A stretch of DNA of 64,000 nucleotides from assembly GCA_002189035.1 (NCBI GenBank), contig NEEC01000013.1:2294001-2358000 (forward strand), read 5' to 3'. The translations under genes were made by a program, and so were the position numbers. This stretch comes from Utricularia gibba (Eukaryota > Plantae > Magnoliophyta). Below are positions 39,501 through 52,081 of this stretch, piece after piece (position 1 is the first letter of the stretch; each line of letters opens with the position of its first letter). The notes beneath the pieces were generated by a model. It worked only from the letters and a program-made list of their open reading frames with translations. It was not told the DNA's origin and did no database searches.

Positions 39501-42500
39501 GAGAATGAATAATGACGACAACACGATGTATAGTCATATTGCCAAAGGTCTGAGAATTTTGAACATCACATATAAAGGAAACAGGTTAACACACCGAGGA
39601 TTATTAGCAGTTTCTCATGTTGCCATTTAGATATACCACTTTGGATGTTAATTCCACAAAAAAAATTGATGAGAAGCCGCTTACATTCATTTCTGAAAGC
39701 GAGATTTTGATTTTTGTGAGCATAATTTCACAATTATAGGCTCTACGTAAATCAACCTGCCAAAAAACAAGATAAAAAATGTCAGCTAATTAATTCAAAA
39801 GTGCAGTAGGATGAAATCATGCTTATTAGCCAATTTAAGTTCTTTTCAATCCTAATGCGGGAGCAAAACATCCAGTGAAGTTAAATATTTAGAGCATCAA
39901 GCCACCAAGACAATTAAGTATAGAGTGTGACGCTAATTGGAAACTTATCTTGTCTTTATGAGGTTCGAAGTATCACAAATTTTCCAAGAAAACGACAAAC
40001 ACCAAGCACTCCAGTGAATCAAAATAGTAGCACTTACTAATTGAACTTTTTCTGGCTTGTTATATTTAGAAACCCGCAAGGTCCCTGCCTTATTTGCTTG
40101 ATCTGAAGTAGAAGCTACAGAAAAAAGACTCTCAAGCTCAGATATATCAATTTCAGGAGCCCTGAAAAAAACCAATGATTCATTAGAATGTCTGACTTAA
40201 ATGCAGAGCATAAGCGACCGCCATAAGGGCATGCATAAAATGGAAAAAAATCAATATCAAGGATTTTGATATGTCACTCAACACAAGAAACTTAAATATA
40301 CTCACTTAGCCTGAGCGTCCTGCTTCTGAGAATCAGCCCACAAACTCCCTTGCATAGCTCGAGTGACTTTCACCCAATGTAAAGGCTTGAGTGATGTTTT
40401 TTTAGGGGGGATAGAAGAAGGAGAAGCTTTTCCTCTTGCAGGAAAGCCTCTTCCCCTTCCAAGAGTAGGAGGTGGAGGCACAATAGAACTCTTTCCAGGA
40501 GCTGGTGGTGCAGGCAATTCTGAAGCAGTGACAGAAGGCGTTTCAGAAACAGCTGTTGCTGAAATGCGCCCTGGAGGTGGTGGTGGTGGAGGTGCAGTAG
40601 GATGACCTGAAGGTGGCGGAGGTGGGGCAGGGGGTCCACTGCTACTAGAATGGAGCAGAGGAGAAGGAGCCAACCCATGACTTTGAGGTGGTGGTGGTGG
40701 AGGGACAGGTGCTGAACTACGACTTCGAGGTGGAGGTGGAGGGGGCACAGGAGGAGCAGGAGCTGAGCCAATACTTTGAAGCGGTGGTGCTGTTGGAGAT
40801 AAATCACGATTACTAGGATGATGAAAAGGAGATTTTTGTCCAGTAGTTTGTGGTCGTGGTGGAGGTGTAGGTGCTAAACCGCTTGTCTGAGGAGGTGGTG
40901 GAGGGAGAGGAACTGAACGATGTGTTTGAGGTGGGGGTGGTGGAGGAGGAGGAACTGCACGATGATATTGAGGTGGCGGTGGTGGTGGGAAAGGAACTGG
41001 ACGACAACTGTGAGGTGGAGGTGGAGGGGTAGGAATCGAATGATGACCTTGAGGTGGTGGTGGAGGGGTAGGAACCGAATGGTGACCTTGAGGTGGTGGT
41101 TTTGGGGCCAAAATTGAACCACAACTCCGATTTGGTGGAGTGGGAATTGAGCCACAACTCTGAGGTGGTGGAGTAGGAACTGAACCATGATTTTTTTGAG
41201 GTGGCGGTGGTGGAGGTGGTATAGGAACTGATCCACGACTTTGAGGTGGCATAGGAAATGAACCATGAGTCTGAAAATGTGCAGTGGTCAAAGCTGAATC
41301 ACAAATTTGAGATGACGGAGGTGGAAAGATGCTAGATTCAGAATCAATAGATGAAGTTTGAGGTACTGAATCACCATCTGAATATGCAGGGGGTTCAATA
41401 GATGGTGCACCAGGATCTGAAGAGCATACCGCTAGAATTGGAGTTAATAATGGCCCTACACCTGGTACAGAAACAGGCATCTCTAGGGAATCTGGAGTGA
41501 ATTCTAGGATTGGCTGCAAACTAGGCGAAGGTGAAATCAAGGGTGGTGGTGGCTCAGCAGCAACAATGGCCTGAGCTTGTAAAGTTGGAGATTGAGGTAC
41601 AGGCAAAGCAGAAATTGAACCATGGCCGGAAGGAAGTGGAGGTGGCAGAGGATGTGTATCTGGGATTGAGCCACATGTACCCTCTCCAGATAGTAAAGGA
41701 ACTGAAGTTATAAAGGTGGCTCCTGTTGAAGGCGATGTGGTTGAACAACAATCTTCACTTGCCTCATGGGAATGAAGAGGAGGGGGAAGCAGGAAAGGTG
41801 CTTCCCCAAAACCTTGATCAATGATCATCGGATGGACATGAAAAGAAGGTGATGACAAGGATTGGACCGCATTAGGGCTTCCAGTTCTATCTGAAGCTGA
41901 TGATGAGGATAACTGACCTGCACTTACAGGAACATGAAAAGGCTGAGTAGGATCTTCAGTAGAGACAACTGGAAGCACCGCCAACAATGAACCTTCAGAT
42001 AAACCTGGGAAAAAAACGATGGTGAACTTCTCAGGATGGCATACAGATTGCTATAAATATCAAGATTCCAAAGTAATAGAAAAAGTACCAGGTAAAGCTG
42101 TTGGTAATGAGACGTTTAGATTTAGAGAAGAAAGTGGAGGATGCAAAGGATGTGATGCAAATCCATCTGAGGAGGAGAGTGGGGATGTGTCAAACGACTG
42201 AAATCCTAAAACATCATTTGAGGTTTCCTGTGCCTCCTCAGATATACAATGAGAAACCTGTTGTTCGTCAACAGCAATTACAGGATAAACTGAACCAAGT
42301 GGTGGAGATGTAGCTGACACCACTTGATCTTCACAGGGTCTGTTATCACTGACTTCCTCTAAATTAGAATCCAATGAGAACCGATCATCCAATAAATTGA
42401 ACTCTGGTGCACTGGCTTTATCCGAGTCCAAAAAGTCCAAACTATCAGCAACACTAGATGCATTGTTTTCTTCCTCTGAATCAAGAGGTGAGGCATAACC

Positions 42501-44019
42501 ACTCATCCTCCTTATCACCGATATATCTCTGGAATCATTCATTGCAGACAACTGCTTAAGCAGCCACAATGTAGCATCATCATTTGTATCAACCCAATCT
42601 GCATCACTGAAAAGATCTTGAACTTTGGAGAAAGCTTCAATCGGGAGACCACCTTTCTCCTCACCGTTAAGCAAAGATGTATAAGATTTGGCGGAAGAGC
42701 TGCTCTCAACATCTCCAAATAGAACCTTCCCGCAGAAATCAAAGGGTAGAGATACATTGAAATATTAATAACTGGAGAGCAAGGGTATAAGGAACGTGTC
42801 TTTGCTATTGGATTTTTTATGCAAAAAAAAAAAAAACAAACAAACAATTACCTCAGCACGAAAGCTTTTAGAAAAACGTGACTTTGAGTCCCAGAGAATA
42901 TCCAGGTTCTCACAGTTGAGCATCAATATGTTTGAGCGAATAAAAGCTGTATTGAACATGATGCGGAACATCATGACCTCCCTTCCTGTATCTAAGTCTA
43001 AATGAACACACTCTAACACCACATCTCCTTGGACCAAGCACTGTATATCAATCTTGATAACATCACTATCCTTCTGCAAATAAGGTTTCATCACCTCAAC
43101 ACATATATACTTTCCAAGCAAGTGTAAGAGAAAGCAAATGGTTAAAGTTCTTACTTGACAATAATGGCGAATATTTCTACCTCTCTTTTGCATTGAATAC
43201 AGCATTTGCGTTGACAATCCATCCCTGCTGAGGAAATTTCTGCCAAAAATACGGATAACTGGCCTGCATCCCTTCTGATCATCAAATCTAGGTATCGCAC
43301 GAAGAATGATACAATCCAAAGAAAGAGGCCTTTCATATGGAGGCCACTCAGAAGGGATATTTCTCCTTGATATGTATTGAAGATAACGGAGTTGTGAAGC
43401 AAATGGATTAAGGGGTGACAATAACTGCAGCAATCCTCTAGGACCTTCTCTATAAATCATTTCCAGAGTCTTCCTCTCGCCACTATGAAGCTTCTTAAAA
43501 ACCAAAAAGCTGGCTAACACAAACGCAAGGAGTGCCCAGCCTCCTCTTTCACAATGCAGAAGCACTATATTCTGACAGTTACCCAGAGAAAGCCAGCTCT
43601 CACTAACACGAAGGAAATGATGAATCAAAGAAAGGGGAAGTAAGGGGCAACCCTCGTACTGCCTAGGATAATCCAAAACCGTGACATCATATTCGCACAA
43701 TATCTTGGCAAAATGGCTCTTCTTCTCACCCTCTCGAAAGTTAAATGCAAGAAACAGTGACTCCGGGAAGTCTTCATGCAAATCATTAATGATTTCATGC
43801 AGATAAAGCTGGTAAATTCCATCAGGTAACACTTCCGTTGAGAAACACGAATCAAAAACTGCATGAACCAAATTTTCCGTCAATAGGCGCATCGGAAGAG
43901 TAATTTTAAAAAGTGGAGCTAGCAGCAGCAGGGTTCAAATTCTTACCATACACTCTATCAGTAACCTCCAGTAGGCCATCTGGCGGTCTTTTGTAGAAAA
44001 ACCTACTGAGCAGCGACAT
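36526..44019 (-). CDS. FH14: Class II formin with PTEN-like, C2, FH1 and FH2 domains (FH14-like), multi-exon
   Basis: MSLLSRFFYKRPPDGLLEVTDRVY|VFDSCFSTEV...LLHCERGGW...LRYLQYISRR, a polyproline FH1, then FH2 motifs LKPLHWVKVTRAMQGSLWADSQK, PEIDISELESLF, KVPRVEPKLRVF, ILTLGNALNQGTARG, GFKLDSLLKLSDTRARNNKMTLMHYLCK. The exact 3' end is less certain. Confidence 0.93.
40540..41250 (-). repeat. Polyproline FH1-encoding low-complexity repeat (GGTGGAGG runs on the plus strand)
   Basis: Recurrent (Q)xHxSVPxPPPPP units within ORF 40302-41987. Confidence 0.9.
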
Positions 44020-44956
44020 TCTTTTTTACAGGTACAAAACTTCAACTGCAAGAGCCGAGGATACACTGCATGATAAATGCATACAAAAAATGCCAGAAAA
44101 TCGTATTGTGTGCTCACATGAATCGGCAATACAGGAAACAAAGTAAAAGAAAATGTGATGAAGATAACGCTCTTTGATTGCTAATTTCAATCAAATAAAC
44201 CGAAACATTGCGATTGCAGAGTCCCGCTAGAGCTTGAAATAACCAAAAGTATGCGCACGCTAATCATACGAGCTCCACAAAATTTGATCACAGGAGATTG
44301 AAGCATACCAGATAAGAACCAGAGATGAGTCCTAAACAGGCCAACCGAGATTGGTTAGCTGCCGCGCCGGTGAAAAGAATGTACAGGAGCTCAACGTTTC
44401 CTTGCTCCGTGTTGAGCCAAAGTTTTTGAATTGCGGCTTTGGAATTTCGATTTCAAATTGGGGACAACGAGCGTTGTACCAAACGCTTCCAGGGTTGCAC
44501 GTTTTTCATTGTTCTAATTATTGCTTCAAAACTGATTTCGTACGGCACCGGAAACTGGACACTTTTTTAGGAAAACCGGGAAAATGAATTACTGATAAAA
44601 GTAAATAAATAAATAAATATATATAATTGGATTTAAAATAAAAATAAAAATCTCTATTTTTCAAAATTCAAAAGCATTTTCTACATAAATATTTGAATTA
44701 TCTTTTCTTTTTTAATGATAAATAACTAAATATGTTAAAAAATTACATATGATAAATATTATTCAAATTTTATAATTAGTATATTTTAGATTTTTTTTAT
44801 AAAAAGATTTTGAGAACAAAATAATTAGTAGATAAAAATATTTATTTAAAAGCAAAATAACATGAAAATCAAGCAGTCACAGCACAAAAAAAATGCGAAA
44901 TCAATTTATTATTGACTCCAGGGAAGAAGAGACATGGCCCCAGGTTGAGGCGCGGG

Positions 44957-47357
44957 CTAGTTATTGTTGTCGTCTTGTTGTTCCCTTTGCTTGGCCCCAA
45001 CAGCAAAGAACTCAGTGATGACTTCCAATGGCATCCCTTTAGTTTCAGGGACCTTGAAGAAGACGAAGAACCATGCCAGGGTGCAGACAACGGCATAAAT
45101 CCCGAAAACACCAGCTAAGCCGATGGAGTTGAGCATCACAGGGAGTGAATACGTAACTGTAATGTCTCCAGCCCAGAATGTCAGAGCGCAAATGGCGATG
45201 CAGATTCCTCGAACGCGAGTCGGAAATATCTCAGCGCAGAGGATGTTGGGCACTGGCCCGAATCCCATTACGAAGCAGCAGAAGTAAACGATCACGCTTA
45301 CAGTTGAGATCACTGCATGCGCCATGCTCCCAAGGTTGATAACATTTCCCAGTACTAGTAGCACCAATGTAACCAGGAGGACGGGGATGGTGGAAAGCAG
45401 AAGCCACCTGTTGATTCAACAGTAAAGAAAAGCAAGTATTTTTATTGAGCCTGCTTCGAGTTTTGGTACTTACCTTCGCCCTGCGATGTCCATCAGTCTC
45501 ATAGCGAAGCCAATGCTTGGAAGCATGAGCAGAGTTGTGATGCCACTTATTAGAAGAGATGAAGATTCAGAGCTCATCCCTAGGTTGGAGAGGAGAATCC
45601 CAACTCCTGCTTGTTGTAGAATTTGTGGGGTGTAGTAGAGAACCCCATTGATCCCAGAAAACTGTAAAACACAGACTCAACCTTGTGCCATAGTAAATGG
45701 AATTTTGTACTGAGGTATTGCGTATTTACCTGCTGAAGAATCTGAATACCAACTCCAACTATGAGGGCATGCTTGACACCAGGCTCCAGCAAATCTCTCC
45801 AGCCTGCAGATCCTTTATCAGCAGGGGCAGGGTGTTTCTCCAGGGCCTTTCCAATCGCATTATGGTCACTGACATCATCTAAACGAAGCACGGATCGACT
45901 AACCAAAGCTGCTGCTTGAATGGTTTCATTATCTCCACCAGCAAGTGAAATGATGGAACCCCTTCTTGATGCAGGGCTGCCTGGTTCTTGATGCAGGAAA
46001 ATTCTCTTCACACCGTGTGGCCCCTTCTTATCTTTTCTATAAGCTAGCTGCCAACCGCTACCTATACCAATGCCACCAATCTGCTCACTTGCATTGCTCT
46101 CTCTATCAGCATTTGCTGCGTCGTCTTGGTTCAGCAATGGGGTTCTATTGCTTTCCTCCTGTTCGCCTCCAGATCCCTCGGATTCGTTATCAGCATTGTT
46201 GTTGTTGGGATTCTCCTCATCCCACAGCTCTGGTTTGTTGCTCTGTTGATCACCTGGCATGTTGAACATGGAGCCAAAGTTGGAGAAAAGCATGCTCCTC
46301 ATGCCTCCAGATTCTGGGATCTTTTCGTGCACACTTTCGAAGAGAGTGACCACTGGATCTACTAAAGTAGTAGGATTCACCACACTCCCTTGCCGGGATA
46401 CAATGCCTAGATTACTTGGTCCTCTCACGGGCTTTGCCATCCATGATTTGCCTTCTTCAGCGCCATAGAGCCTGATTTGATCCTTTTCTGCAGGGTTGTC
46501 TTCGTTATCAGGGCTGATTTCATACTGCTCTATCGAGGTTTCTCCTCCCATTCCTAATCCTTCAACCAGTAGAGCCATTTCCCCTACAAAAGAGCAAACT
46601 TTCATGATACTTGTCCCCAACAAAGTGATGTGCAATGGTTTGAGTACCCGAAACGTCTTCGGTTCCACGAAGCATTTGCAGAACCCCTTTAGCTTCTTTC
46701 ATCTTCCCTTTTGAAACCAACCACCGAGGGGACTCCGGCAAAAAGAAAAGAGCGAGCACAAAGTAGGCAATCGAAGGAATAGAAAGGATCCCAAACATCA
46801 ATCTCCAGCTTGGAGAATCCATCAAAGAAATCCCAAAAACCATACAATAAGATAGAAACATGCCAATCGAGCCAGTGAACTGCGGTAGAGTATTGAGCGA
46901 ACCCCTAATCTCCGATGGGGCGGTCTCCGATATATAAACCGGCACTAGAGTGACGGCGAGACCGATACCAAAACCGTCCAAAAGTCTCGCCAGCAAAAGC
47001 ACTTCAACGGTGGGTGCCCATAGCATCACAAGCCCACTCAAAAAGTAGAGAATCGACGACAGGATCAGCATCGGCCGCCGCCCAAATGAATCGGAAGCCG
47101 GACCAGAAAACGTAGTGATCACAGTGGCCCCAATCAACGACATGGCAACGATCAGCCCTTCTATTGTGGGCTGAGTCTCCAAATTGAATTCGCGTTTCAC
47201 GTAAATCACCGCCCCTGAAACCATAGCAAGATCATGTAAAACGCAAAGGTTAAAGGATATTGTGGAAAGAACACCGACCGGCGATGGTGGCGTTGTCCCA
47301 TCCCTGCAACAGGTTCCCAACAGCCGCAGCTATGGCGACGAACACTGCTCCCTTCAT
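44957..47357 (-). CDS. TST: Tonoplast sugar transporter / monosaccharide-sensing protein (TST/TMT), 5 exons
   Basis: MKGAVFVAIAAAVGNLLQGWDNATIA|GAVIYVKREF...GRRPMLI...YISETAPSEIRGSLNTLPQFTGS...PESPRWLVSKG, a large acidic central loop, then QQ|FSGINGVLYYTPQIL and VFFKVPETKGMPLEVITEFF. Confidence 0.95.
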
Positions 47358-47930
47358 TCTTTACAGGAAAGAAAACCCTCACAGCGAGATGACGATGGTG
47401 ATGCAGTCTGGGGGTCTGAAGATCATGCCATGCAACACGATGCTGAAAAGTTGGATCACCAATGTAACCGCCACCAAAAAAAAAGTATTTTTTTTAAATT
47501 TTATTTTACAAGTAGAACCCAAAACATTTACATACCATTTGTTCCACATTCTTCCAAAAATTTTGGCTCATGCATCACTATTTAAAAAAAAGTTCAACTC
47601 ATTATTGGATTAAATCATTAATTTAAATTAATTTTTTATAATAAAATTCAATAGGTTTAGTAATTTTTAGGTATATGTATTTAAATTTAAGTTGATTATT
47701 CATATTCAATTTTTTAAGTTGTATTTTTAATAATTAAAATAATTTAATTATTATAGCATCAGATCAATTTTTTTCCTATTAATAGAAAATAAAGTCAGCT
47801 TAATTCGATTCGAAAAGAGGAGGAAAAATTGACTTCGGCTACCTACTTTTATCTTACCAACCTCCTCTAATTATTTATAGGAACTACCTCCTAGTGAGGG
47901 AGCCCAATAACAATACCCACAGCGGCAAAA

Positions 47931-49199
47931 ATGGCCATCTCCGCCGCCGCCGCCGCACCTGCAACCACCAACTCTCTCCTTCGGAGTCAGCTGCCCATCA
48001 ACGACCCCAGGATCATCGCTTTCCCGTCAAACCGCAGATCCGTTTCGCGGATCTGCTGCGTATCCTCCGTCGCCCAAGCGCCGCCGCGGGATGCAAATGC
48101 GTCCACGGATCGCGTGTTCAACTTTGCGGCGGGTCCTGCAATCCTGCCGGAAAATGTCATCCTCAAAGCTCAATCGGAGATGTACAATTGGGGTGGGTCT
48201 GGTATGTCTGTAATGGAGATGAGCCATAGGGGAAAAGAGTTTCTCTCTATTATCCAGAAAGCAGAGTCGGATCTCAGATCGCTTCTCAATATCCCAGCGG
48301 AATACTCTGTCCTCTTTCTTCAAGGCGGCGCCACCACCCAATTCGCCGCGGTGCCTCTCAATCTGTGTAAGCCCGATGACGAGGTCGATTACATTATTAC
48401 TGGATCTTGGGGAGATAAGGCGTTCAAAGAAGCTACCAAATACTGCAAACCTAGATCAATCTGGAGCGGCAAATCTGACAAGTACACCAAGATTCCCAGC
48501 TTCGATGCTTTGGAACAAACTCCCGGCGCCAGGTATTTGCATATTTGCGCCAACGAGACCATTCACGGCGTGGAATTCAAAGATTACCCACAACCCGCTG
48601 GAGAGAACGAGCTCCTGATTGCTGACATGTCCTCCAATTTCTGCTCCAAACCCGTCGACGTTACCAAGTTCGGAGTAATCTACGCCGGAGCTCAGAAGAA
48701 CGTCGGCCCATCTGGAGTCACCATCGTGATTATCCGATCAGATTTGGTCGGAAATGCTCAGCCATCAACTCCAGTCATGCTTGACTACAAGATCCACACC
48801 GACAACAATTCTCTGTACAACACCCCGCCCTGCTACGGAATCTACATCTGTGGGCTGGTGTTCGATGACCTTCTGGCGCAGGGGGGGTTAGCAGCGGTCG
48901 AAGAGAAGAACACCCAGAAAGCTGCAATCCTGTACGACGCCATTGATGGAAGCCGAGGATTCTACAGGTGCCCTGTGGAGAAGAGCGTGAGATCGAAGAT
49001 GAATGTGCCCTTCACCCTGGAGAAGGCGGAGCTGGAAGCGGAGTTTGTGAAGGAAGCCGCAAAGGAAAAGATGGTGCAGCTTAAAGGGCACAGATCAGTG
49101 GGTGGGATGAGAGCTTCCATCTACAACGCGATGCCTTTGGCTGGAGTTGAAAAGCTTGTTGCATTCATGAAGGACTTTCAGGCCAAGCACGATCACTGA
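47931..49199 (+). CDS. PSAT: Phosphoserine aminotransferase, plastid-targeted, intronless
   Basis: Ala/Ser/Arg-rich transit peptide; [48 protein letters not shown] (PLP lysine), [15 protein letters not shown]. Confidence 0.97.
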   Translation: MAISAAAAAPATTNSLLRSQLPINDPRIIAFPSNRRSVSRICCVSSVAQAPPRDANASTDRVFNFAAGPAILPENVILKAQSEMYNWGGSGMSVMEMSHRGKEFLSIIQKAESDLRSLLNIPAEYSVLFLQGGATTQFAAVPLNLCKPDDEVDYIITGSWGDKAFKEATKYCKPRSIWSGKSDKYTKIPSFDALEQTPGARYLHICANETIHGVEFKDYPQPAGENELLIADMSSNFCSKPVDVTKFGVIYAGAQKNVGPSGVTIVIIRSDLVGNAQPSTPVMLDYKIHTDNNSLYNTPPCYGIYICGLVFDDLLAQGGLAAVEEKNTQKAAILYDAIDGSRGFYRCPVEKSVRSKMNVPFTLEKAELEAEFVKEAAKEKMVQLKGHRSVGGMRASIYNAMPLAGVEKLVAFMKDFQAKHDH

Positions 49200-50091
49200 A
49201 TGAAGTGAGTTGGATCCAAGTGGTTGCTTCTTCCTCTTCTTCTTCTTCTTTTCTTTTGCTGGTTGAGTTCAAATAACAACCCAGAATCAGATCATCCTGC
49301 TGCCTATACTTATGGTCATGGCCCTCTTCCTATGTGTGTTTGGTTGTTGATGACGGCGTTCTAGGACTTCCACATACCCCTTAAAGCCACATGTTTTGTA
49401 TGTCTGGAAGATTTTCAGGTGTAATTCCATATTCAATGATCCCATTCAATAAATATCTTTTACGTCTGATAATGAGACATAGCATAGATTTAGGTTAAGT
49501 TTGGAATAATTTCATTTCTTCAAAAAATAATTTTATTGTTAAACATAAATAATTTATGTTTAAATAAAAAATCTAAAAATAAGTCTTATGTTTTAAAAGT
49601 TGCAAACTCCCAACTTCTAAGTTATCAAAATCACTTCTTGAAAATCATATCAAACTAATGGAGTAAACAACAATTAGGATGGAGGAATGGAGGATCCATG
49701 AAGCCAGCCAGCAAAGTACTTGCCGTAGGTTTGGAAAATGGCTGAAAACCAATCTAATCCTTACAATTAAAACGAATCAAAACCAATAAAATAAAACTAT
49801 TAGTTGATTTCGATTGATTTTTTGATTTATTACCACCTACCATTGGGAATGAATGAATGGTAATGCAAAGGCCCTGGCTGGAGTTGAGGTTTATCTGTTG
49901 CAGTGTACTTTCAGCGTATTCCAAGTGGTTGGAAGGTTTCCTAGCCATTCATAGGCTTTAACATATGCAAAGCTTCTTTCAGTTTAGAATGGGTGAATGC
50001 ATCAAGAGCTCAAGCTGTGACAACTTAACTGATTGCATTTCGACCCCAACGTAGTGAGATGCTGAAATGAAGACGAACCGGCAACCAGAGA

Positions 50092-51135
50092 TCAGCATAG
50101 AGAATGGGCAGGCTCCCCGCTCTTTTCTCCCACCGTCTCTGAAAAGTCACACATCAACTAGATGGAATCAATATAGGAACCATGAATGTTTGACACGGTA
50201 AGAGTTCTTTGGAAGAAGCTCTGGTGGCATAATAAAAGAGAAACTTCGTTTCCGTGGGAATTGCAAAATTGTCATTTGGATGACACTCCAAATCAGCAGT
50301 TTCCAGAACACCATTCATTAGGAGTAGGAACAAAAAAACAAGTAACGTTATCCGGATTAGATCTTCATTCAATGGTTTTTCCACATGTGGTAAATGAAAT
50401 GACCAGGCTATGAAGCACCAAAACATGAACAGTGATTGACTGTGGTATGGCATATGGGAGATGCGGAAAAATAGTTTTTAGGGAAAAAGAAAAACATTTA
50501 CCACGTGCGACTCCAGTTGAAAGAGTTAGGTCCATAACATCGATTCTCCGCTGGATGGACTTCAGCACAGCATTCAATGACTTAACTCTGTTCCTTACAC
50601 TGGATATCCTTGCTGCCTGCTGCATAATGAATGGGGATGGTGCATCCTCTAGCAGCTTATCAAGCTCTTAAAAAATAAAAGAACATGAGAAAATACTGAA
50701 TTCAGTAAACCGAAACCCACAAATTAGTTAGCAAGAATAAAGAATATGAGAATAGGTAAAACATCAAAATTTATTAAAGTGAGCACCAAATCAGTAGATG
50801 CTGCCATTTCATAATCTCGATCATGACTACAAAATTTGCAGTTGAAACGAAATAAAACAAATTTAGAGAGAATTTTCGACCTCCACTAAAATCATGAGTT
50901 GAAAATTCGAAGGGGACTGAGTACCTCCTGTTACACGATCAAGGGCAGAAGAGAGTTGGTCTTGGCTGCGACTGGTGGCTTCAGTTCTAGAATCAAAATC
51001 TTTTACGATAGATGTAATCAAAGAACCGAGTTCCCCAGCAACTGCCGATGTTCCTACACCCTCAGTACCAATAGTGTTGAGACCTGCATTGCTGGGGACA
51101 ACGCTGATCATCTCCTTCAAGGGCTCTGTCATCAT
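50092..51135 (-). CDS. SNAPIN: SNAPIN / BLOC-1 subunit-like small coiled-coil protein; exons 51135-50925, 50666-50502, 50138-50092
   Basis: Spliced product ...LITSIVKDFDSRTEATSRSQDQLSSALDRVTG|ELDKLLEDAPSPFIMQQAARISSVRNRVKSLNAVLKSIQRRID...; junction phases are consistent. Identity is from recall of plant SNAPIN-like proteins. Confidence 0.75.
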
Positions 51136-52081
51136 CAACACAGCCAACCCCACCCAAACTGAGAACGAAGAAATTCAAGGACTTTCAAATCCTAATCGAA
51201 ATGATCTCAAAAGATCAAGCTTTAATCAATTAGTCTACCAGCTTAAAGATTCAAAGCGACTGTAAAATCCCCCTTTTTTTTCATTAATTGATTCCTCCAT
51301 GCGATGCGTTCGCCTCTCTTCGTAAGAACCTTAATTTGCAGTCTAAAGACAAATACTCATACATAATAGATGTAGCGCATCATCAAGTATTTCACTTATC
51401 TTAATAGTAACTACAAGATGCGCGCTAGCCATTTACAATAATGAACAAAATTTCAAACTTGCAGCCTAAACCCAAACAAACAACCTATATAAACTAATCA
51501 GAAACACTTGGAGCTTAAAAACAAAATGAGGGCAATTGCAATTTCTCAGAGATACTCAGCATGTTATTCATTTGGGTTTAATTTTATAAATACATCTCAA
51601 AATGAAAACCTATAAAACTACCAAGGAAATACGAGCCCAGCAACGAAATGCTCTTGAAAAAAAATAGCTTAACAAGAAAAGAAAAATAAACTCGTATTAT
51701 CAGACCTCAAATTGCGGGACTTGGTTCCAGATGCAAATGAGAAGCAGACGAATTCGCAGTGGTGAGCGATCTCAAAAATCGCCCTGCTACCATGCAAAAC
51801 ACAGCAAAGAGTGGTCAGCGGTAACCCTCCCGTTGTGCAAAGAACTGTCAAAATTGATTCGAAAAAACCCTATTCCCAAAATCCAGAGGAAGATGAAATT
51901 CCGGGACCCACAAACAACTCCAATTCTCACAAGTATGAAACCCTACATGAATCCAAAATAAGATACAAAACTGGAATATTTTCTAATTTATTATAGAAAA
52001 ATAAAGAATAAAATGGTAAAGGTAGATGAATAACGTACAGCGTAGACGTGGTTACGTTGACACTTGGGGCGGAGGAGCGCG

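Noticed and set aside
40363-41713. Multiple overlapping ORFs across the formin FH1 region
   Set aside because: Stop-poor alternative frames produced by polyproline codon repeats.
47379-47431. Two short uORFs (MA* and MIFRPPDCITIVISL*) upstream of the TST start
   Set aside because: A strong acceptor-like sequence immediately before the ATG suggests they lie in a 5' UTR intron; no evidence they are in the mature mRNA.
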